Shown here in pieces: positions 54,014-64,000 of a DNA stretch of 64,000 nucleotides. This DNA comes from Blastocystis sp. Blastoise (lineage: Eukaryota > Protista > Bigyra: Opalinata). The notes below the pieces were generated by a model. That model saw nothing but the letters and a program-made list of their open reading frames with translations, did no database searches and was not told where the DNA came from. Positions within the stretch are counted from its first letter, which is position 1, and every line of letters starts with the position of its first letter. Location: assembly GCA_039096225.1 (NCBI GenBank), contig JBBPEB010000026.1, forward strand, positions 248,001-312,000. Reading direction: 5' to 3'. A program made the position numbers and the translations under genes.

Positions 54014-54976
54014 CATTCAATTATTCTATAATCTTTTTTTTTTTTAATTTTTATAATAGTATTATCATTATTGTTCTTGTACTTATATAGATTTCTATAC
54101 AAAAAACAACCTCAATATAACCGTAATTATTTTATTTCTGTTCTTACAGCTATATTCTCTGAACACGATCATGATAATAATCGCGGTTATTCTCCTAATC
54201 ATCATGAAAACACTTCTAGTGAAGGTATATATATATTTATATGTTATTATAATCAGATTTATTTTTTATATTATAAGTTTTTATTATATATATATTCTAG
54301 TTATTTATGAACCAGAAATAAAGAATTTTGTTCATCCTCCTCAATCTATTGATAAATCACTTCTTATTTTCTATCAAGATTATCAAGTATATATATGTGT
54401 TTATTACAATTATATATATATATATATTACTATTATATATAATATATTTTATAATATTTAATATTATTATTATAGTATATCTTATCATGTATAACCATTT
54501 TAAGCAGTTATTTCTATTGCTTCAAAGAAACTCGTCAAGTATATATTAAATATATAATACATATAATATATATATATATAGTCTATTTGTTTCGATTATG
54601 TATCACAAATATATTATTCTATTCAAAGAGGGTATATATAATATAATATTATATATATAATATATATATATATAGTATTTATGAATCTCATTCTTCTTAT
54701 CTTAAAAGTAAAAGTGAATACAATTCTATTATGAAGAAAATCACTATTTCTTCTTCTTCTTCTTCTTCTAGATTATATTCAACACGTGCTTCTCCTTCTT
54801 CTTCTTCTATTTCTTCTTCTACGGCTTCTTCAATACCTTCAACACGTGCTTCTCCTTCTGTTTCTATGCCTCGTTATGTATATTCACCACCTCAATATTC
54901 CTCTTCTACAGAATCATATTCTCAATATTATCCTTCTCCAGAATCATCATCATCATCTATTTGTTCTACTATGTAA
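51698..54976 (+). CDS. ASTE1: Asteroid/ASTE1-like XPG/FEN1-type PIN nuclease, multi-exon
   Basis: MGIRGLTKFV start; after intron 51760-51794 come IVDGNAL, ILFDG, SSDDAD, CYVISEDSDYYIY and LFGALAGTD. Ser-rich C-terminal exon ends at 54976. Confidence 0.82.
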
Positions 54977-55196
54977 TTCTATATACTATTATTTATATAT
55001 ATAAATATATTCATATAGATATTGTTTTATTATTATTAAATATTATTTTAAAACTAAACAACTAGTTATAGAAATAATCAATTAATAAATAAATACATTA
55101 TATATATAAAAACACAATAGAATGACAAATATAATTTAAAAAAAAAACAAAAATATTTAAAAAACAAAAAACAAAATCTATTTTCAAATAAAACAA

Positions 55197-56918
55197 TTAT
55201 AATCTACCCCAAACTTCATAATCATAAACCTTAAATTCATTTGCTTTATTCGGTTTATTCGTATTTACAAATAATGAACTCTTTTGATTTGTATTGACTT
55301 CACCATAATGAGTAGCTGAACATTTCGCAGAAACATCGTTCTTATTACTCGTAAATATTGTTATATCTGAAAGATTACCAAAACAAGGACCAGCTCCTGC
55401 ATTACAATATATACCACAACTTCTATCACTGCTTGTATATTCATATTTAGTAGGAGGAATATTATGTTCATTACTTATAGTAAATATAAATTCTTTAGAA
55501 TGCCATTTAGAAACTATACATATAATAGTATATATATATGTATATATATATGTATATATATATGTATATATATACTTGGATAATTTTCCCAATCTTGATC
55601 TGTATATCCTCCAAATATATTAATATAATTATCATGACCTATATGTTTAATTAAAGTTACTGTTTCTCCTTTATAGTACAATATTTATGGAATTCACTTG
55701 CTTTATAATTATGTTCACTTGCTCTATATATGTATTTATTTATAATGAAAAAAAATAAATATTGATTTATAATGAAAAATATATATATATATTTATAATG
55801 AAAAAATATAAATATTTATTTATAATGAAAAATATATTTTATTATTTTATAATGAAAAATATATTTATTTATAATGAAAAAATATATATATACCTAAATA
55901 ATAGTTTCCATCTTTTTTCCTCACCTAACCATTTCACTAAGGGTTTTTCATCTGTTGAATCTAATATTTTAGAATGTCTAAATACATAATTCGATTTCCA
56001 ACCTTTTTTAACGATATTTTTCCCTATATCTCCGAATATACTATACATTTCTTTTTCTAAATTTTCTCTATTAATATCATAAGTTTCACTTTCAAAAATA
56101 TATATACAATTATTAATAATATATTCATTTATATAATCAATATATTCATAATTTATCTTCATATATTCCTTATTTTCTATTTTATCATAATCAATATATC
56201 CATTATTATAATTATTTACATAATTATTCCAAATTCCATGTGATTTACAATATTTCTTTATAATCTCATTCTCTTGATTATTTATATAAAGTACAACATT
56301 ATCAGCATTATTACATTTCTTTATATTTTCTCTTTGTATTTGAATCTTAGTTAATTCTTCTGGAAGTGGTAATTCACAAAATTCAAATAAATCTAATAAT
56401 TGTAATTGATCCTTTATTTTCAATTGATCTATATTAATTACATTATTCATTAGAGAATCTATAAGTAATGGAGCACAAGAATCATCAAAAGGATAATCTA
56501 AATATATAGAGCCATCAGTAGTTCTTCGATCTTTTTGAGACTGTTCATATAAATAAGTTCCAACTAAACTATTCGTAATTGTTTTAGGAAGAGAATGTAA
56601 AACACCACCACTGTTAAAACGAATATAATCGGTATCGTTCTGACTAGTATTGATGTTCATGAAATCAGTAGAATTATCTTGAAAAGAAGATTCTTGGACA
56701 AGAATATCTGAATTATTATTTTTGTTTTCATCAATTTCGGTATTAGAACGTAGGTAGTGGCTTAGCAATCCATTTATTGAATCACCTGAATGAATACAGA
56801 AACTAATAGACTTTCCTAAGATTCCAATCAAATCACATATCAATGCTTCAAAGTGAATCACATCATTCTGGATATCAGATGTCTTCCCAGAATCAAACTC
56901 CACATTATTCTTTACCAT
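55197..56918 (-). pseudogene. BTB-like x2 + TLDc (paralog D) with a 1-nt frameshift in exon 2
   Basis: Exon 2 reads TGT ACT ATA AAG GAG AAA CAG TAA, where paralogs have C-D-(Y/N)-K-(G/C)-(E/P)-T. Restoring one G between 55678 and 55677 gives CDYKGETVTLIKH..FGGYTDQDW. Confidence 0.75.
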
Positions 56919-57436
56919 TCTTTAGTAATAAAATATTGAAAAATATAAAAATGTAGTTCGAAATGGTAGATCGCAGGATTCGCTAAATTGCTTTCTGAGT
57001 AAGGTCTGTACTCCAAGAGAGTTTTTATTTATGCCTTTTGAAGCTAAAAGTACCTATGAAACTGGTATTTTTAGGAAATTTGTATTTCAAGAAAGTCTTC
57101 GTGGCGAACCCCATTTATTACCTGAAAAATAAACTGTCGTAAACCAACTTTCTATATACCGTTTTTATAATGAAAGAGTTATGAAAATATTTTGATATTC
57201 AGGTACTGTTTTAATAATTCCTCTATTTATCTATTTTTTGGTTCATAACGAGTCACAATAACTTCCTTAATATTCATCTATTGTTTATAATTTAACTTGA
57301 TTCATTAAGCGTGGATTATGCTATTTACCATTATATATCTTTTATTGCATGAAAATAAAAATGAAGCCAAAAAAAGTTTTCAAAAAGTATGACTATTCTT
57401 GGTGTTGGCTGTATTCAGAGAATTAAAGTAATCTCA

Positions 57437-57446
57437 TCCCGCGGGA
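57437..57446. promoter_or_regulatory. Palindrome TCCCGCGGGA in the divergent intergenic region between paralog D and the GT61 gene
   Basis: Perfect 10-nt GC-rich palindrome about 100 nt upstream of the inferred GT61 ATG. A regulatory role is inference. Confidence 0.35.
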
Positions 57447-57548
57447 CAACGAAAAATTTAAAAATGATTAAGGTTAGTCAGACTAATCACGTATTAAGTT
57501 TATTTTTATAAAAAAAGAATCTGTCGTATTCTTATTATTTATTTCAAT

Positions 57549-59914
57549 ATGAAAAACATCAATTTTTTTATTTCCTTGCTTATTTTTTTTTCTGGTTTCT
57601 ATATTATATACTCGTAAATAGTCATTTACAAAATAATCACTGCATTTAGATATATGACATTGGCAAGTAAACATGAAAAGTTTGTAATTTATAATGAGCA
57701 TAATGTTACACGAGATATTCGAAACGTCACGAAAACTGTGTATATTGAAAAAACTGTGAATCTGACGAATCAGATCCAAGATATAAATGATTGTATATTT
57801 AAATGCATATATGTACTCTACTGATCCTGTAGTTGTTTTATCAACGACAAAAGAAATATATCCTAGTGATAATTATGGAATTGATTTTCGAAAACCATCT
57901 TGGTATATTTATTTTTATATGAATCGTATTTATATTCTTAGGAAAACGATGTTGGATGACCATATCAAAGATGTCAATGAAAATTATTTTATGTACGTGT
58001 AATTATATCATTTATATCATTATTTAGTGCCAAGAGGCCTGAATCCAAAATAAAACAGGGGAAGTATGTATATATATGTATATATATATATATATATACT
58101 GTGCATGTTATATATTAGAAAAACGAAGATATTTATGACAAAAATATGTTTGTTTTAAAACAAATACTAATATTTATATATATATATTTTTATATAGATA
58201 TTCATCTGTTCTATTTCATCCAAATCAATTAGGGATTATACTACTTGAATTTTACAATATATGCTTTGATTTTAAATCACGTACTATTACTTATTTTATT
58301 GAAAATGATTCAGAACAAAAATTATTTGAAAGAAATAGACAAAAATGTATGTATTTTATTCGTTTTTATTATTATTATTATTAACATGAAATAGATTTAA
58401 CTTTTATGACTGGTGTCTCTATTCAAACTGAAAAACAATTTCATAATCAAACTGTGTTCTTAGAACATTCGAATGCTTTATATTTAATATCTATTGCTAT
58501 TAATCAAATCGCTCATTTTACTGAAACTGCAAATATATTACTTTCTATAAATATGAGGTTTAGAAAATTTCCTTTTGTATATTTGTAATTATTATGTTTA
58601 TTAATATATTTATGATTTTGTTGATTATATATTATTATTATATATTTAATATATTTATAATATTCATTATAATATTTATTATTATATATTATTATAATAT
58701 ATTTATTATATTTATAATATTCATTATAATATTTATTATAATATTAATTATTATATTTATTATATTTATTATTATATATATTATTGTATATTTATTCTTT
58801 TAAATAAATAGACAGATACAGTAATATATGAAATAGCAGATCATCCTAATGATTGGATATTTAGTTATTATAACTTGATAAAGAGTTTATACCCATCAAA
58901 TATAACTTTTTCTAATTTAAGAGAAGCTACTGAAAGATATGGGAAAAACAAATGCTTTAAACATTTTGTATATAGTTTATATTATTCTATTTATTATGTT
59001 TATTATTATATACTTATTATTACTATCATTTTTTTATATTTATCATTAAACTATAATAATAAATAATGATATTATTATGTACATTTTTTTTTGAAATATA
59101 TAAATCAATATATTTAGTATGTATCAAATAGAGTAGTTTATTCATCTTATGGTGGTATATTTAGTTCAATAAGAGATAGTGATACTATACGTATTTTAGC
59201 ATATAAACATATAGACATTGATCCTTATACTATGAAACGTCATTCTAAACCATTCATTACATTATTAAATCGAAATATTCATAAACGAGCATCAAATAAT
59301 AGATTAATTATTAATATAAATGAACTTGAACAATATTTTAAGTCTAACTTTAATAATAAGGTATATACAAGAAATTTTCTTACTCTATATTCGATATATA
59401 TCTATATGTATACTATTGTTTATTCTTTAATTTTTACTATACACTTATATAAATTATTACTATTACTCTTATTTCTTATTTTTCTATACTATATTATATA
59501 TAGTTAAGATTTGATTATTCAATAGTAGATACAGAAAAATTTACATTTAAAGAACAATTGCAGTTTATGGTTAAAACAGATATATTAATAGGAACAGTAG
59601 GAACAGGGTTTTTGAATTCTATGTTTATGTTACCTTATAGTAGTATTATTGCTGTATATCCTCCTTATTCTGATAATATATTCTTTACTGCTAGTAGTAG
59701 AACAAGTAGAATATATTTTATTCCTTATTATAATAATACTGTTCATTATCGTAATAATACACCAGAATATGCTTGTGTACAAAATATTCTATCAAAATTT
59801 CCTAATACTTATGACTGTAGACGCTTATTATATTATTCAGATGTTTATGTAGACCCATTTTCATTGTTTTTAATTCTTCAAACAACTTTTTATTATTTCT
59901 TATACAATAATTAA
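57549..59914 (+). CDS. Glycosyltransferase family 61-like (DUF563), type II membrane protein, multi-exon
   Basis: Signal anchor MKNINFFISLLIFFSGFYIIYS, then NQIAHFTE, ITLLNR..RLIININELE and TFKEQLQFMVKTDILIGTVGTGFLNSMFM (GT61 EQ...GxHGAGLxN-like). Confidence 0.75.
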
Positions 59915-61872
59915 GTACTTATTTTATGATTTTTTTTTAATATAATAAACTAGTTGAATATTTTTATAAATGATACTCCTATTTTTCAGTCTTTTTTATA
60001 CTTTCAACAAGCTATTATTATTATTATCATTATTATGATAAATATTCTTTATTCTAATAATAATATTTATTTTTATTTTTTTTATATATATAATTTCGTT
60101 TTATTATAATAGTGATTTCAGATATATATTATATTCTTTTTATAACTTACTCTAAAAAGTCTTAATAACTTAAATCTATTATTTATTTTTTTTTTCCTTT
60201 CTATTTATTATATATATTTTCTCCTATTAAACCAATTTAATATTTGATTTCAATTCTTTATCAATTTAATATATCAACTAATAATATTCTATGTACTTTG
60301 TTGTTTTATTTATATACATAAATACTAATTGAAGTATGAGTCAATATTAGCAAAGATACATAATAAATACTAACGTATCTATTGCATTAAATGAATAGAG
60401 TCTTAAGAGAAATATTTTATGTATTTAATTGATAACACAAAAAAAATATCAGTAACGATATAATATATTATTAATCATGTTTATAAGTTGTACTTAAATG
60501 AAAATGTTTCACTAAAATATTAATTTTATATTAAATGATTTGGATTTGATATCATCAAACATAGAAAACAAAGAATATATAATAAATAGGAATAATTCCT
60601 ATTTATATTGACAAATATATGTCAAGAATAGCTATAGAGCATCATTAAAACATACAAAGCAAATTTAATAAATGTTTTAAACATTTTTTTATATTTACTG
60701 ACAAGATATCATCGTTTTTATATCTAAAAGAAAGTATTATTATTATTACTATATCTAGACAAATAATTTCTTAATATACTTTCCATATATATTATTGGTT
60801 ATTGTTTAGTAAGATGGTTATGATCAAATGTGAATAAATACATAATCAATTAGTTACTTTTAATAAAAGATTCTATATAAGAATTATATATTTATAAATA
60901 TATTTGCCATATTGATTTTTTGAAAAGAATAAGACAAAAGGTTGAATATAAATATATTTGAAACAAGGGAAGTGATTATTACTTCATATAACAATATTTG
61001 AGTGTGTTTAACATCCGATAGGTACTGTAATATCTATTAAACTAGTAATTTATCCCATTATAATAATTTAATGGATGCTAACAACAAAAATTTGATGGTT
61101 TTTTTCTGATAGAAACAAAAGTATATAAAGAAAATACATGTAAATTGAATAAAGATTTTTAATTATTATAATCTCTTTTAAACTTTGTTGTGTCTTGTCA
61201 ATTCATTTTATGTGACTAATTACTATTTGGTAAAGTGAAAAAGGCAATTTAAATTGTAAAATATACTTGTTGGATTTAAAAAGAATTATAGAATTAGCAA
61301 GTTATTATTGTTTATTTTATTTAATTATCCACGCATGAATTAAAGCTCATTATATATATATATATAGTTCAAACAAGAAATTATAACGAATGGAGATCAT
61401 TTTTCAATATAACTGCTATTGAAAACGCATAAAACTATAACGTCTTTATATAAAATCATAAATATGATTGATTCGCACTAGCTATTATTCAATTATTCAC
61501 TTTGTTTAATGTGCTTAAATACACTATTATGTTTTTTTATCAAAATTGCATATCTACAAGTTTCATACCTACATTCCCTAATCAGACAGCTTATTCTCTA
61601 TTTTAAACAAACAGAGAATTCTATCACACACGAAATTCTCGCAAGTGAAAATTACGGAAATATGTTTTTGTGACCATTTAATATATTTTAAAACTACCCA
61701 TTATTATTAAAAGTCATAATAGACTTTCAACAAGTGAAAACTAATAAATAATGAAAACAACGAATACTATTTTTCACCACGATTCAGATGCCTTTTAAGA
61801 ATTATGAACGATTGGATAAAAACAATAAGGTTCTTCAAGTACCTTTTCTTAACTTTGAATCGTTGTTACGCA

Positions 61873-63154
61873 ATGAGTATTGAAAGAACTATCGACAGGT
61901 TAACTGCTGCTTACTTTGCGTATGTTGTAGTTTTATTTTATTATATTTTTTTAGACTTCACCAAGAGGATTTTCAAAAGTTGTTTGAAAATTGCGTATAG
62001 TTACATCTTTTCTCATTGCCAATAGTTATATAGGTTCGTTACGTAATGGAAACTGCGAAAAGTAGCAGGGATCAGCATATTGATGATCCCCAGATCATTC
62101 GTTTCTTTAAAGTTTTACCTGTTCTAACTGAGATTTCTATTGAAAAGTATTGTAAGGAGGATATAGACCTTCTAGTTGTATGTATTCGATATAATTTATA
62201 AAGTAACTTGCTTTTTAAAGTGTTTTTAATTTTATTTATTTATTCTAATGTTTTCTTATATATTTCAGACTGCTCTTTCTGATTGTTACACTGAACTAAC
62301 GATTCCTGAAACAGAAGAATGCATTGAATCATTAATAAAACTTCTTAATAATCAAAAGAAGAATTATCCGATTCTTGTGTCTCTTTTTGTTATTATATCG
62401 AAGCAACTTTTGATATTACCTTATGTATATTATTATTATGTTTATTTTAATTAACTCTATGAGTTATTTTTTATAAATTTATTATTATTATTATTCTTTT
62501 ATATTTTAGTTAACTCTTTTATTTTTTTATATTTTTTTTTAATTATTTAATATAATTATTTTTATTATTATTATGTTTTATTTTAGTTACGCTATTATTC
62601 ATAAGTTATTTTTTTTGCAAATTTACTATTATATATATAGTATAATTTTTTTGATTATGAGTCCAAGTTGATCTCTACAATAACATTCCCCTCAACGGAT
62701 AGTTATATAGATGTTCTTATTAATTTATTACCTTCTACTAGACATTGTATATTATTATATTTATATTTATTTATGTTTATTATTATATTTATATTTATAT
62801 ATATATATTTTTTTATTATATATTTTTTTATTATATTTATATTTATTTATGTTATTATTATATTTTAATAAACAGTTTTATATTTATAATACTATACTTA
62901 TTCTTTCTATATATTATTATCTATATAGATAAGCAATTATTTTATATAATAGCGGATTGTTATCAGACTATTATATCTGCTTATATGGATAGGAAATATA
63001 CTCCTGAGTATTCTCAAAGGAAACATAAGGCTTATTTAGATCGATGTATACAGTTTGCAACAGTACATATCGATTGCTATCGTCTATGTAGCTATATGAC
63101 ACAAGCGTATATCATTATTATTATTATTATTATTATTATTTTCTTAAATTATAC

Positions 63155-63201
<47 letters not shown>

Positions 63202-63215
63202 CAAATTATACTTAT

Positions 63216-63282
<67 letters not shown>

Positions 63283-64000
63283 TGTATTATATTTATAATT
63301 ATTATTTATATTATATTTATAATTATTATTTATATAGATTTGTTTGTGCATATAGTATTTTGATTGATTTGCCAAAGTCTCCTTTGTGTATATTATTATA
63401 CTATTATATATATATACATATATATATAGCTCAACAATTACCTGAAGATCAATTTGATACTCATTTTCGAAAGAATATTCCAGTATCATTATTTAAAGAT
63501 CGTCAAGCATATGTCAGTATCCAACCGTCACGTGATCGTATTCATGATGCATCAAGTATATATATATATATATATAATCTTGTTTTATTCAAATATATAT
63601 ACTATAATATATAGTATCCAAACAAGTTGTATCAACTGCTGTTCCCGCCACTTCTTTGGCGCCAAATGATGCATTTATAACACCCCGTAAAGTATGTACA
63701 TATATATATATATAGAATAAGATTTATTATCCCCATTCTATTTAACTGTATATATATATAGAAAGATAAACGTATTAATGAGTTACCAACATACGATATT
63801 ATGGGTATTTCTGCTGTATATTCACCAGATGTTGCTTTTAAGAATTATTCCATCTCTTCTTCTTCTATGAATAATATACAGAATAAATACAATACGAATA
63901 AGAATAATAGTATTATTAGTAATAATAATAATAGTATTAATAATAATAGTATTAATAATAATCAAATTATTAATAATACTACTAGTAATAATAATATTAA
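61873..64000 (+). CDS. Multi-exon protein of unknown function, probably helical; truncated at the window end
   Basis: ATG at 61873 (MSIERTIDRLTAAYFA) splices in frame to LHQEDFQKLFENC and VRYVMETAKS.., with further exons matching ORF fragments at 62248, 62668, 62745 and 63282. Confidence 0.6.

Noticed and set aside
56940-57130. Slightly GC-richer intergenic segment containing GTTCGAAA (tRNA T-loop-like)
   Set aside because: No cloverleaf stems can be formed; it is more likely promoter or 5' UTR sequence.
59915-61872. 2-kb gene-free interval as a possible mobile element
   Set aside because: No terminal repeats, target-site duplication or transposase/RT-like ORF were seen.

Overview
This is very AT-rich, intron-dense eukaryotic nuclear DNA with GT-AG spliceosomal introns and no prokaryotic operon structure. 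The intron style and gene families fit an AT-rich Blastocystis-like stramenopile gut protist, but that is inference only. I reconstructed about 15 genes by hand: a giant unknown gene running off the left edge, NAF1, a membrane-anchored PPP phosphatase, an intronless KBL, CASP/CUX1, Sec16, four BTB-BTB-TLDc paralogs, a BTB + repeat-like gene, an aspartic pseudoprotease, ASTE1/asteroid, a GT61 glycosyltransferase and an unknown gene running off the right edge. Most short ORFs in the supplied track are microsatellite or antisense artefacts. Four things stand out. (1) A cluster of five BTB genes includes a tight head-to-head pair, and two of the four TLDc copies are broken at the start of the TLDc exon while their BTB ORFs remain open. 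(2) GC-rich CCGCGG and E2F-like motifs are written into coding sequence with rare codons, concentrated in Sec16. (3) Intron ends are often made of self-complementary (TA)n. (4) Several enzymes have altered catalytic or targeting motifs. Exon boundaries are manual and approximate, and no database searches were run.
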